NCBI GenBank assembly: GCA_030529385.1
Contig: JAUMWY010000001.1
Location: 24,479 to 88,478, forward strand
Origin: Candidatus Saccharimonadota bacterium
Lineage (GTDB): Bacteria > Patescibacteriota > Saccharimonadia > Saccharimonadales > Saccharimonadaceae
Length of the DNA stretch: 64,000 bases
Direction: 5' to 3'
A program made the translations under genes and the position numbers. Of the stretch, positions 19,902-29,911 are shown in pieces. The notes under the pieces are model-generated. The model had not been told where the DNA came from. It ran no database searches and saw only the letters and a program-made list of their open reading frames with translations. Numbering within the stretch: the first letter of the stretch is position 1; each line of letters starts with the position of its first letter.

Positions 19902-21437
19902 TTATGGGCGCGAGCCTAAATGTTGCATGATGAGAGTAGCCAAGCGTGGCGACACGACGGCCTTGAGGTCTTTTTCGCTGGCGGCGGCAATAGCCTTCAC
20001 GCTGCCAAATTGCTTCAGAAGCTTGGCGCGAGTTTTTGGGCCGATACCAGGGATGTCTTCCAGCTGGTTTTTGGTGGCGGTGCGGCGCTTGAGCGCAGTA
20101 TGATAACTGACAGCAAAGCGGTGTGATTCATCGCGAATACGTTGAAACAGCTTGGTGATGTCGCTGTAATGGTAGGTTCGGTCGCTGGCACGCAGGTTTT
20201 TGGAGTGCGCACCAGCATTACGCTGCCCGGGGTGAAGGTTGAGAATAAGCATATCACCGTCATGCGTCATATGGACGTCCTTGATATCTTGCAGTACTGT
20301 CACCAATGAGCCAGTCTGATGAATGACAATCTCCTCTTCACGCTTGGCAATGCTGATGATCGGGATTTTCACACCACGCTCGTCTCGTGCCTTAATGGCT
20401 GCCGCTAGCTGCCCTTTGCCACCATCAATCAGTATCAGGTCGGGCATACCCCAGCTTTTGAGATTGCGTTCGCTCAGGCGCCGTAAAATGACTTGGTGCA
20501 TATTGCCAATGTCATCATTTTTTTCACTAACTTTGAATTTGCGGTATTCGGCACGGTCACTCGCACCGTTGGTAAATACCACCATACTAGCCACTACATT
20601 TTGGCCGCCTTGGTGTGAGATATCGTAACCTTCAATACGAGCCGGGATATTGCCAAGACCCAATATCATCGCGATATCCGCCAGCGCCTTATCTTTGCTA
20701 ATATCTAAAAACTCTTTGTCGCCGAAACAAACCCGCCGCTGCAATTCTTGCATAGCACGCAGCTTGTTGCGTAAGGTAGCCGCCTTTTCAAAATCGTGCA
20801 GCTCAGCTGCGGTTTTCATGTCGCGCTCTAGTTCTTTGGCGATTTGCACGCGGCTGCCTTTAATGTAGCTAATAAGCTTGCGCAGGCTTGCTTTATATAC
20901 ATCAGAACCATCGCTTCGTTTTGGCGATAACCCCAAATCCTCATCCAGCCGACTCTGGCCTGGCCGGCGCTCGCGCGTCAAATACGGGAAAATTTTGCGT
21001 AGATATCGCAGGGCTTTTTTGAGTGCGTAGCCGTTATAAAATGGACCATAATATTCCGCTCCGTCATCGGCCGGGTTACGGGTAAAGCTCACCACCGGCC
21101 ACTCGCTTTTCATATCAATGCGTACATAGCTTTGCGATTTATCATCGCGCAGCAACACATTGTAGCGCGGCATATAGCGCTTGACCATCTCGCTTTCTAA
21201 AAACAGCGCGTCAACTTCACTCTCGGTCTCAATCCAATCAGTATCAGCAATTTCTGCCACTAGTGCCATGGTTTTATTGTCACGCGACCGGCTGTCTTGA
21301 AAATATTGCCGCACGCGGTTACGCAACACCGCCGCCTTGCCAATATATATCACCTCGCCATCGGCCGATTTATGAAAATAAACACCAGGGGTGCGTGGCA
21401 GGGTTTTGAGTTTTTCTTTGAGCTGCTGGTTCACCAC
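19902..21437 (-). CDS. uvrC: Excinuclease ABC subunit C
   Basis: PGVY...YIGKA GIY-YIG, UVR coil, RIEGYDISH, PDLILIDGGKGQL, RDESHRFA, IPGIG HhH. Confidence 0.95.
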   Translation of the reverse strand: MVNQQLKEKLKTLPRTPGVYFHKSADGEVIYIGKAAVLRNRVRQYFQDSRSRDNKTMALVAEIADTDWIETESEVDALFLESEMVKRYMPRYNVLLRDDKSQSYVRIDMKSEWPVVSFTRNPADDGAEYYGPFYNGYALKKALRYLRKIFPYLTRERRPGQSRLDEDLGLSPKRSDGSDVYKASLRKLISYIKGSRVQIAKELERDMKTAAELHDFEKAATLRNKLRAMQELQRRVCFGDKEFLDISKDKALADIAMILGLGNIPARIEGYDISHQGGQNVVASMVVFTNGASDRAEYRKFKVSEKNDDIGNMHQVILRRLSERNLKSWGMPDLILIDGGKGQLAAAIKARDERGVKIPIISIAKREEEIVIHQTGSLVTVLQDIKDVHMTHDGDMLILNLHPGQRNAGAHSKNLRASDRTYHYSDITKLFQRIRDESHRFAVSYHTALKRRTATKNQLEDIPGIGPKTRAKLLKQFGSVKAIAAASEKDLKAVVSPRLATLIMQHLGSRP

Positions 21438-21537
21438 TTTAGTATAGCAAGTTTGCTACTTGCCAACCACTCGCTTGCGGCACTCATCGGCCATCATGAA
21501 AGTTGTCGGGTCCGCAGTCCGATTTTATGTCTTAACA

Positions 21538-21822
21538 TCACCAACCCAAGCGCGTCACAAACGTTACCGTTACTCTGCCACCAACCGCCAACCCATTTGC
21601 GCGGCGCACCTTTGCAGGAAGTGCGATAAATTGCATGCCATCGCCCATCGGCAATAGCGACGTGTCCCATGAAACCTCACCGGCGGTCGCACGCACTGCC
21701 ACTAGCCCACGATCTGCCAGGTGGGCCAACTCTTCGGAATATTCACGTGGCACCGACACATAATGCCAGCCACCCTTTTGCGGAAATATCTGCACTACTC
21801 CCCGTACGGCGTATGCTTTCAT
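21538..21822 (-). CDS. DUF1905-like small protein
   Basis: GGWHYV.VP, WDTSLLPMGDG, LPAKVR motifs. Confidence 0.75.
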   Translation of the reverse strand: MKAYAVRGVVQIFPQKGGWHYVSVPREYSEELAHLADRGLVAVRATAGEVSWDTSLLPMGDGMQFIALPAKVRRANGLAVGGRVTVTFVTRLGW

Positions 21823-22361
21823 GGTTGCGCCATCCTGAGGATCGCATTGAATGTATTGCCGGTGCGCACCGTAATCGTGTTGTAGTACGGCTGCCTATTA
21901 AGCCAGCGCGCATACGCTACTTCTTTGTATGGAGCAGTATCACGGCTGGCAAAAAAGATGCCTAGTGCTCCGACATGAACAAGTTCGCCATCGGCACACA
22001 CCATATCTGCCGCACTCTGATGCACCTCCTGTATGTCTGTCGTGTCAGTAAAAAATGCCACGTCTTTGCGCGCCACAGGCTCATGCCACCATGCTGGCAA
22101 CTGGTCAGCCTGCCGCAGATAGTCATCAGCGGTGATCAGTGAAAAATCAATCGTAAAATTATAGTGCGACTGCAGCATGGCCACTATCGCCTTATGCAAT
22201 TCATCGCGCGTTCGTGGCGACGCACATACTATATTTCCCGTTGCTAAATACGTCGCTACGTCATCACAACCAATGTCCGCCAATTGCTCCTTGAGCACTT
22301 TCATATTGACCCGTCGATGCGCGCCTGCATTGATACCTCGCAACAGTACAATATATTTCAT
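21819..22361 (-). CDS. DUF1697 family protein
   Basis: YIVLLRGINAG...V.TYLATGN, TVRT.NT. Confidence 0.85.
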   Translation of the reverse strand: MKYIVLLRGINAGAHRRVNMKVLKEQLADIGCDDVATYLATGNIVCASPRTRDELHKAIVAMLQSHYNFTIDFSLITADDYLRQADQLPAWWHEPVARKDVAFFTDTTDIQEVHQSAADMVCADGELVHVGALGIFFASRDTAPYKEVAYARWLNRQPYYNTITVRTGNTFNAILRMAQP

Positions 22362-22372
22362 ACTCTCCCCGC

Positions 22373-23356
22373 CTATATCCCCGGAATTCTCCACTTTTTT
22401 AACCGCCTACCCTGCTCGGCAACGATGTTTGCACGACGAGCGTCCGCCACTCGATCATCCGCATACAAATCAGTCTGGTCATACAGCTCACGGCCGACAA
22501 CATCAAGCACAGCAAACAACTGGCCAAGCGCCTCCTCGTCAGGCTGGTTCTTATCAGGCGTGTAAAAGAAAACTACATCATCGATAATTTCAGCATCAAA
22601 GTTTGCCGATGAGTCAACCAATGCCGCCATGACATCGGGCGTAAACACGTACCGAGCATCAACATCATACTGTTTTGGTGCATATAACGTAAAATGAGTA
22701 TCAAAATCACCCTCCAAACTAATACGCTGACTGCCCGGCAATAACACCGGAAGATTACTACCAAACAGCCTTGCGTTGTTCTGTGTTGCATCAAGCACCA
22801 TGTGCGGTAAGCTACGTGCCATACGCACCGCAGCGTACCACCAGTAGTAGGTATGCTGATGCTTCCCATGCCCTTTTGTATACTGATAGCGACCAATCTC
22901 TAGCATTCTTTTACCCCCATGCTCATACGACATCACCCCGCGATACATGCGAGAATGTCCAATATCAAAAATCAATCCCGTACCGATAGCCCCTTCTTTT
23001 CCGGCAGGATCATAGTGCAGGTTATGCGCGGCGGCAAACTTACTCAAGCGAATATGTCGACGAATAGCCCGCTGCGAGGCCCGCCACACAACAGTCGCTG
23101 CAAGCAGCCCTAGCGCCAAGAATAACAATCCACTACCAACTCTCGGCAACGTATGCGATATGACGACTGGCATAACACCACCAAGCACAATAAATCCCCC
23201 GACCACCAAAAGAGTATCAAGCGCAACAAAGTCAAACCCCAACGCCCAACGCGACAACTTTATTTTGCGTCGATATTCGGCTATATCGCCCTCAGAGACA
23301 GGCTGCTGAAGCGATACTTTTAGAGTGTCTTGCTTTATTTTTGGCAACCATTCCAT
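22373..23356 (-). CDS. Hypothetical membrane protein (2 N-terminal TM); paralog of 36434..37375
   Basis: LPHMVLD, SLEGDF...F.LYAP, FTPDVM, FDAEI. Confidence 0.75.
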   Translation of the reverse strand: MEWLPKIKQDTLKVSLQQPVSEGDIAEYRRKIKLSRWALGFDFVALDTLLVVGGFIVLGGVMPVVISHTLPRVGSGLLFLALGLLAATVVWRASQRAIRRHIRLSKFAAAHNLHYDPAGKEGAIGTGLIFDIGHSRMYRGVMSYEHGGKRMLEIGRYQYTKGHGKHQHTYYWWYAAVRMARSLPHMVLDATQNNARLFGSNLPVLLPGSQRISLEGDFDTHFTLYAPKQYDVDARYVFTPDVMAALVDSSANFDAEIIDDVVFFYTPDKNQPDEEALGQLFAVLDVVGRELYDQTDLYADDRVADARRANIVAEQGRRLKKWRIPGI

Positions 23357-23422
23357 AGCCCTATTATAACAATAAACCGACCGAGTAACCTACGGCCGGT
23401 ATTGATATATCTTAACTACAGA

Positions 23423-23911
23423 CTATTCTTGATCGAGTTGGCGATTTATTCGCTTTTCTGCCTGTCGAGCGCTAACATCCATAAGCGCATAAATAATCAC
23501 GCTACATAATAAAATACTTACAAATGCAACAGTAAATACCGCCCAGAGATGCGGATCAAATACGCCACTATACTTATCATGATATCGTTGATAGTTAAAA
23601 AATGTAGCAACTAAAGCGACGGCGGCAGAGGTTCCTATTAGACCCACAACAACCCTACCCCGATGCTTTGGAGTCACTTGCACAGCACCCGCGCCACCCG
23701 AAAAAATACCGCGCACAAAAGGATATGTCAATGCCAATATTAACAACGTTACATCAACGACTGACGCCTCAAATGATAGGCGCAAGATATATTCTTTGAT
23801 GACAATTGACACACCAAGCAGCACTGCAATAATCGTTAACGCTTCGCTGCGATACTTCATAGCTTCCAGCGCTATCCGCTCGTCTTGCATTGGTTTTTGC
23901 GGCTTACTCAT
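23423..23911 (-). CDS. Four-TM membrane protein (DUF6773-like)
   Basis: QDERI N-terminal motif, 4 TM helices, GGAGG RBS, overlaps the XRE gene. Confidence 0.65.
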   Translation of the reverse strand: MSKPQKPMQDERIALEAMKYRSEALTIIAVLLGVSIVIKEYILRLSFEASVVDVTLLILALTYPFVRGIFSGGAGAVQVTPKHRGRVVVGLIGTSAAVALVATFFNYQRYHDKYSGVFDPHLWAVFTVAFVSILLCSVIIYALMDVSARQAEKRINRQLDQE

Positions 23912-24140
23912 TTTCATCCTCCCAAAATAATTCATTTAATGTTACATCAAGCGCCCAGCAAATCGCCAGGCATAATTTAAGTGTAGGATTATAGCGACCC
24001 AGCTCAATCAAACCGATTGTTTGCCGCGTCACACCAACCGCCTCTGCCAGCTCTGCCTGACTCATACCTTTTGCAGTGCGAGCAAGCTTTAGACGCCTAT
24101 CTGGCTTGAAATCTTTTCTCTTTATTCCAAACAATCGCAT
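23904..24140 (-). CDS. XRE-family helix-turn-helix regulator
   Basis: SQAELAEAVGVTRQTIGLIE.GRYNPTLKL...LNELFW. Confidence 0.9.
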   Translation of the reverse strand: MRLFGIKRKDFKPDRRLKLARTAKGMSQAELAEAVGVTRQTIGLIELGRYNPTLKLCLAICWALDVTLNELFWEDENE

Positions 24141-24255
24141 ATCTCCTTTTATCTTCAACAGTAAGCTATTGCCGACAAAATGTCAATTATATATTGCAAA
24201 AAGAATTATTTAGATTGCTTTTTTGATGTAATAATAGCACAGGTGAGCTTGATTA

Positions 24256-24732
24256 CTATACAGTCGGACGCTCAAAATGACAGGTGTAGCCGCCAGGATG
24301 CTTTTGTAAATAATCTTGATGATACTCCTCGGCAGGGTAAAAATGCGTTAGCGGCACGATTTCAGTAACGATGGGATTAGCCCACTGGCCAGACATTTCG
24401 ACGTCAGCGATTATATTTTTAATAGTCTGCTGTTCGGCGTTGTTAGTGTAAAAGATTATTGAGCGGTAACTACTGCCAATATCATTACCCTGGCGGTTTT
24501 TAGTGGTTGGATCGTGGATGCGGAAAAAGTAGCCAAGCAGCTCATCCAGGCTCGTCACCGTTTCATCATAATCAATCTTTACCACTTCGGCATGGCCGGG
24601 GTGAAAGTCGTAGGTTGGATTATCATTACTGCCGCCCGCGTAGCCAACCTCGGTATCAATCACACCAGGTCGCGTACGCATCAGCTCCTCAATACCCCAA
24701 AAGCAGCCGCCACCCAACACAAGACTACGCAT
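24256..24732 (-). CDS. msrA: Peptide-methionine (S)-S-oxide reductase
   Basis: [39 protein letters not shown]. Confidence 0.95.
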   Translation of the reverse strand: MRSLVLGGGCFWGIEELMRTRPGVIDTEVGYAGGSNDNPTYDFHPGHAEVVKIDYDETVTSLDELLGYFFRIHDPTTKNRQGNDIGSSYRSIIFYTNNAEQQTIKNIIADVEMSGQWANPIVTEIVPLTHFYPAEEYHQDYLQKHPGGYTCHFERPTV

Positions 24733-25114
24733 CACTCGCTGCCTTGCCCGCTTCATCAGGTATAAAATGTAGCGACAGTGAATTAACGCAGTGGCGCACA
24801 TTTTTGGGCGTTAAGCCTTCGCCTTCAAACACATGACCAAGATGTCCGCCGCATGCCGCGCAGGTGATTTCGGTTCGCCGACCATCAGCGTCAATTGTCC
24901 GCTTGATAGCACTAGGGATTTCATCATCAAAACTTGGCCAACCACACATCGAACTAAATTTATCATCCGACCGATACAGAGGCGTGCCACACTGGCGGCA
25001 GATATAGATACCCCGCCGCGACTCATCCAACAGCGCACCCGTAAATGCCCGTTCGGTACCTTTGTTAATAATCACCCGTTCCTCTTCTGGCGAAAGTGGT
25101 GGCATATGATTCAT
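24725..25114 (-). CDS. msrB: Peptide-methionine (R)-S-oxide reductase
   Basis: [26 protein letters not shown]. Confidence 0.95.
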   Translation of the reverse strand: MNHMPPLSPEEERVIINKGTERAFTGALLDESRRGIYICRQCGTPLYRSDDKFSSMCGWPSFDDEIPSAIKRTIDADGRRTEITCAACGGHLGHVFEGEGLTPKNVRHCVNSLSLHFIPDEAGKAASDA

Positions 25115-25218
25115 GATGGATCCCTCCTTGTTTCTATACGCTACCTACTGTACGTCAATACACCACCACAAGCAAGGCATATTTGCGCCGGTCATCACTA
25201 AACTGCTACACTAAATCT

Positions 25219-26193
25219 ATGATTTTGGGGATTGATGAAGTGGGGCGTGGGCCGTGGGCTGGACCAGTGGTGGTTGGGGCGGTGGTGTTGGGTGAGGCTG
25301 AAATTCCGGGGCTGAATGATAGCAAGAAATTAACCAAAAAGCGGCGCGCGGCGCTAAGCGAAATCATTTATCAACAGGCGGCAGCTTGGGGGTTGGGCTG
25401 GGTCAGTGCGGCTGAGCTGGATGAGATTGGCATCAGTCAAGCGTTGCGCACGGCGACCCGGCGAGCCGTCCGCCAAGTTCAAGCTATGTGTCGTCAGCGC
25501 GGTGTGCAGTTTGATGAAATTATTATTGATGGCACGGTTAATTTTTTGAGCGAGACGCCACTGGCGGCATTTGTCACTACCATGGCCAAAGCCGACGCCC
25601 TATTTGCCAGCGTTTCTGCCGCTTCAATTATCGCCAAGGTGGCGCGTGATACCTATATGGCCGAGCAGGACGCGCTGTATCCGGGCTATGACTTCGCCTC
25701 GCATGCTGGCTATGGCACTGCTAAGCATCGTGCGGCTATCGCTAGGCAGGGTGTCTGCCCGCTCCATCGCCTGAGTTTTGCGCCACTAGCGGACTATCAC
25801 ACAACGCCGCCACCGACATCTGACACTACCGCGCCCACGACACGGCAGATTGGCGACGTCGGTGAGCAAGTGGCGGCCGATGCTTTAGCGGCAAAAGGCC
25901 ATGATATTCTCGCACGCAATTGGCGTACGCGATGGTGTGAAATTGACATTGTCTCCCGCCGTGAAAATACCTTATTTTTCACAGAGGTCAAATACCGCAA
26001 AACGGCCGATTTTGGCGATGGTCTGGCCGCCATTACCACCGCCAAGCAACAACAAATGCACTTTGCAGCCGATGTATTTTTAGCACGTCATCCGGAATTT
26101 GCCGACCACGCAGCTGAATTGCTGGCGGCCAGCGTCAGTGGCCAACCGCCGCACCTTGACGAACTTATACCAATTGATCCGCTGCATCGGTAA
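25219..26193 (+). CDS. rnhB: Ribonuclease HII fused to YraN (UPF0102) domain
   Basis: GIDEVGRGPWAGP, DSKKL, SAASIIAKVARD, GYGT, HRLSF, then G..GE..A...ILARNWR...EIDIV...FTEVKYR. Confidence 0.9.
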   Translation: MILGIDEVGRGPWAGPVVVGAVVLGEAEIPGLNDSKKLTKKRRAALSEIIYQQAAAWGLGWVSAAELDEIGISQALRTATRRAVRQVQAMCRQRGVQFDEIIIDGTVNFLSETPLAAFVTTMAKADALFASVSAASIIAKVARDTYMAEQDALYPGYDFASHAGYGTAKHRAAIARQGVCPLHRLSFAPLADYHTTPPPTSDTTAPTTRQIGDVGEQVAADALAAKGHDILARNWRTRWCEIDIVSRRENTLFFTEVKYRKTADFGDGLAAITTAKQQQMHFAADVFLARHPEFADHAAELLAASVSGQPPHLDELIPIDPLHR

Positions 26194-28690
26194 TTGCCTG
26201 ACGCACCGCCGCACCATCTCGCGCCACCAAAGCGACCCGCGCCGCAATCTCCGTCACTCCCATATCAATGGTGCGAGTCAGCGCCGGCTCATCACGCAGC
26301 GGTGCCGTAAAGGCAATAAAATCATCCAATTCAGCCTGCGTCAACAGCGCCGTTGCCGCATAGCGCAAAAACTCATCATAACTTTTATCACCGCTAAAGG
26401 TTTCCTTGATCCAGCCCCATTCATCCTTTAGCCATTGCCAAGCCACCGCGCGTGATTCACGGGTGCGGATCAAATAGACAAACCAACGGCTGACATCCTG
26501 CGGCCGAATCATAGCGCCGTATTTCATCGCCCCCAGCAGACGACGAGTCGTGGCCGCCGACTGAGTGCTGGTGAGTGCCAGGGCAATATCATGCTGTAGA
26601 TCACTGGACGGCGTGGTGATATAGAGCGATAGTAATTGCTCTATCATATCAGGCGTTTCATAGTGACGCACCACTGCTGAGGCAATCAACGAACGCAGCT
26701 CCACTGGCAGATTCGCCATACCCTGCGCCATAAAGCGCCGCTTAGCCTCCGCCAGCGCCGCCTCATCCTCACCGTATAGCAGTAGCGCCAGCGCCGTTGA
26801 CCGCCGCTCGCGATCATCATCACTCTCGCCCGGCACCGCGTCCCAGCCTAGCGCCGCCATGGTTGGCCGAGCAAACGCCGCTGATACCTGCTTCAAGTGA
26901 CGGCGCGCTGCCGTATCATCATCAACAAACACCCGCAACCCGCTCAATAAACCGGCCGCCATATCATAGACTTTTTCATTGCCAGCGCTCTTTAATGACA
27001 GTGCCAGTGGCAAAAGTGTCGCCGAGGACTGCAGGCCAGCTCGCGTCAGTAGCGAGGCATCCTGTAGCAAACACATTATATCCAGCGTCGTCATATCGCT
27101 ACGCGCTAACCGGTCCAACAACCGCTGTCGCGACCGCTCATCATAGTGCGTCACGAAATGACCGTGCATTCCCCGGTTTAGCCACACTTCGTCCACCGCC
27201 GGCAGAGATGTTTGCTGCTGGGTGAGCATTTCCGGTAACATATCGCCCGCAAACAGTGGGATAGGCCATACCGCATCCGAAGCTTGATGATCACCAATGA
27301 AAAAGCGCTGCTGTGACAACTGTAGCCCGTCCCCGCCCAACACCACCTGCACCACCGGCAGGCCTGGCTGGCTAATCCACACATTCATCAGCTGGACAAT
27401 TGACTTACCACTGGCCGCCTCTAGCGCCTGCCATAAATCATCACCCACCGTATTACCGTAGGCAAACTGCTCAAAATAGGCCTTCAGCCCCGCCCGAAAG
27501 GCCGCCTCACCAATCAATTGCCGCACCATGACTAATAATCGCGCGCCCTTAGCATAGACAATAGCCGGATCAAACAACGTATTAATTTCATCCGGGTGCT
27601 GCACCGCGCACTGCACCGGCTGCACCCCGTCCAAACTATCTCGTCTGAGCGCCGCCGTCACATCTTGCGCCGCAAACACTTCCCATATCCGCCACTCAGG
27701 ATACAGGGCATCAATCGCCACATACTCCATCATATTGGCAAAACTTTCATTTAGCCACAAATCATCCCACCACTGCATGGTCACTAAGTTACCAAACCAC
27801 TGATGACTCAGCTCATGCGCAATCACCGTAGCAATAAACCGCCGCGAAGCTTCCGGCGTATTGTCATCAGCCAACAAACAACTTTCCCGGTAAGTAATTA
27901 GCCCCCAGTTTTCCATAGCGCCCGACGAAAAGTCCGGCAGCGCCACATGATCGGCTTTCGGCAAAGGATACGGCACGCCGAAATAGTCATCAAAAAACTC
28001 AATGGAACGCGTCGCCACCTCTAAAGCAAACTGCAAACTATCCGCCTGCTGCGCCGGCGTCGCCCAGACATTCACCTCCACGCCCGACTTAGTGCGCGCC
28101 GTTTGCCGATGCAATTCACCCACCACAAATGCCAGCAAATAGCTGCTCATCCGCGGTGTTGGCAAAAACTTAGTAACGCTCACGCCATGCCCATCGCGCA
28201 CCCAGTCCACCGGCATATTGCCCAGCACCGTCAAGCCCGGCTGTGTCGTCAGCGTCAACGTAAACACCGCCTTAGCAGCCGGCTCGTCAATACACGGAAA
28301 AATCTCCCGCGCGTGATGTGACTCGCATTGCGTGGCAAATAACTCTTTTTTCTGACCATCATGCTCGTAATAGCACGGATACAGGCCGTGCATCGCGTCA
28401 GTGATAGTGCCAGTGTAGCCAATCACAACAGTATATTCACCCGGCACCAGCCCATCATACGTTAGCCGCAGCTCATCATTGGCCGCCTGTGTCCACGATG
28501 CTGCATGGCCATTAATCGTCACTGACTGAATCGTGAGATCGGTAGCGTGCACCGGAATTACCGTGCCTGCTTGCAACACACCGCGCATCACCACCGTACC
28601 AGCAAACTGCCGCTCGCGAGCCCGCTGCATATCAATGCTAATATCGTAACTTTCAGGGACAAATGTCGCCGCTAAATGAGAAATCGTCAT
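26165..28690 (-). CDS. pepN: M1 family aminopeptidase
   Basis: GAMENWG, HELSHQWFGNLVT..WW..LWLNE, YAKGA. Confidence 0.93.
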   Translation of the reverse strand: MTISHLAATFVPESYDISIDMQRARERQFAGTVVMRGVLQAGTVIPVHATDLTIQSVTINGHAASWTQAANDELRLTYDGLVPGEYTVVIGYTGTITDAMHGLYPCYYEHDGQKKELFATQCESHHAREIFPCIDEPAAKAVFTLTLTTQPGLTVLGNMPVDWVRDGHGVSVTKFLPTPRMSSYLLAFVVGELHRQTARTKSGVEVNVWATPAQQADSLQFALEVATRSIEFFDDYFGVPYPLPKADHVALPDFSSGAMENWGLITYRESCLLADDNTPEASRRFIATVIAHELSHQWFGNLVTMQWWDDLWLNESFANMMEYVAIDALYPEWRIWEVFAAQDVTAALRRDSLDGVQPVQCAVQHPDEINTLFDPAIVYAKGARLLVMVRQLIGEAAFRAGLKAYFEQFAYGNTVGDDLWQALEAASGKSIVQLMNVWISQPGLPVVQVVLGGDGLQLSQQRFFIGDHQASDAVWPIPLFAGDMLPEMLTQQQTSLPAVDEVWLNRGMHGHFVTHYDERSRQRLLDRLARSDMTTLDIMCLLQDASLLTRAGLQSSATLLPLALSLKSAGNEKVYDMAAGLLSGLRVFVDDDTAARRHLKQVSAAFARPTMAALGWDAVPGESDDDRERRSTALALLLYGEDEAALAEAKRRFMAQGMANLPVELRSLIASAVVRHYETPDMIEQLLSLYITTPSSDLQHDIALALTSTQSAATTRRLLGAMKYGAMIRPQDVSRWFVYLIRTRESRAVAWQWLKDEWGWIKETFSGDKSYDEFLRYAATALLTQAELDDFIAFTAPLRDEPALTRTIDMGVTEIAARVALVARDGAAVRQAITDAADQLV

Positions 28691-28725
28691 AGCTTCATTA
28701 TACAAAACTACGCTATACTAACCAT

Positions 28726-29193
28726 ATGAAAACCGCCATTATTTATGCTTCGCAGCACGGCACTACCAAATATTGTGCTGCATTACTCGCTAAATTATTG
28801 CCTGACGCGGTGGCTATTGATGTCACCGAAGCGCCAGCACTTGAGGCGTATGACTGCGTAGTGCTCGGAACGGCCATTTACGCCGGGCGCGGCATGCACG
28901 AAATGGCGCAATGGTGCAGTGCACACCTTGACTCCTTGCAGCAGCGACGTCTCGGACTTTTTATATGCTGCATGAATACCAATGACGAAACCGTGCAGCG
29001 ACAGCTCCGCAAGGCATTTCCGAATGAATTACAACAACACGCCGTCGTGCGCGCCTCATTTGGCGGCGCGCTAACTATGAGCCGCCTTACGCTGCCCGAG
29101 AAGGCTATGATGCGATTGCTTGGCTATACACAAGATCAAACCACAGTTAACGCCGCGACAATTGAGCAGTTCGCTGCTGATCTCAGCGCGTAA
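28726..29193 (+). CDS. Flavodoxin-domain protein (HemG-like)
   Basis: IIYASQHGTT, YD.VVLG.AIYAG, FGG. Confidence 0.85.
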   Translation: MKTAIIYASQHGTTKYCAALLAKLLPDAVAIDVTEAPALEAYDCVVLGTAIYAGRGMHEMAQWCSAHLDSLQQRRLGLFICCMNTNDETVQRQLRKAFPNELQQHAVVRASFGGALTMSRLTLPEKAMMRLLGYTQDQTTVNAATIEQFAADLSA

Positions 29194-29911
29194 ATGTCGA
29201 CAGCCACAATTCCTCCAGTGTCAACTGCCAATCAAACCACCCTTGCGACACCAACCACGCACTAACCGTCTTATCAAAACCAGTCATAATCATCACACCA
29301 AACAGCACCACTATCGCCCCCATAGTGCGCCGAAATACACCGCCCGGCTGTAAGCTCCATCCGAGACATCGCACCATCCGCTGCCCAGACACTGCCACCA
29401 ATGCCAATACCGCCAATAGCCCCGCAACATACGCCATAAGGTACACTAAGCCAAGGATAGGTGATGACGGTAATATAATCGCTACAATAACGCCATACGT
29501 TGGACTGCAGACACTAAATACCGGGCCGAGGCTCGCTCCGAATAAGACGTCGCCCAGCCATCCGCGTCGCGTCGCTGCGGCCGCTGATCGCTGCTGCGCC
29601 TTGGTAGCCAGACCACTGAGCGCCATAATCCTGTCCCATCCTGACGGCCACAATAATGTCATTCCGACCAGCACCAGCACACCGCCACTCATGGCCGCCC
29701 ACACCCCCACCGGCACGCCAATCAGCAGGGTCGTTGCTTTCAGCAGAATGCTCCAAATGACTATTGAAATCGCCAATCCACCGAACAGCCAACCAACACT
29801 TCGCTGACGCTGTCCGGCACTTGGTGCAATTATCATTGGCAGCAGCGGTAAAACGCACGGCGCTAAGGCTGAAAACGCCCCGGCCAGCATTGCGCCGATA
29901 AACAACAGCAC
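29183..29911 (-). CDS. ccdA: CcdA/DsbD-type membrane electron transporter
   Basis: LAPCVLPLLP and VFSVCSP Cys motifs, about 6 TM. Confidence 0.85.
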   Translation of the reverse strand: MLLFIGAMLAGAFSALAPCVLPLLPMIIAPSAGQRQRSVGWLFGGLAISIVIWSILLKATTLLIGVPVGVWAAMSGGVLVLVGMTLLWPSGWDRIMALSGLATKAQQRSAAAATRRGWLGDVLFGASLGPVFSVCSPTYGVIVAIILPSSPILGLVYLMAYVAGLLAVLALVAVSGQRMVRCLGWSLQPGGVFRRTMGAIVVLFGVMIMTGFDKTVSAWLVSQGWFDWQLTLEELWLSTFTR

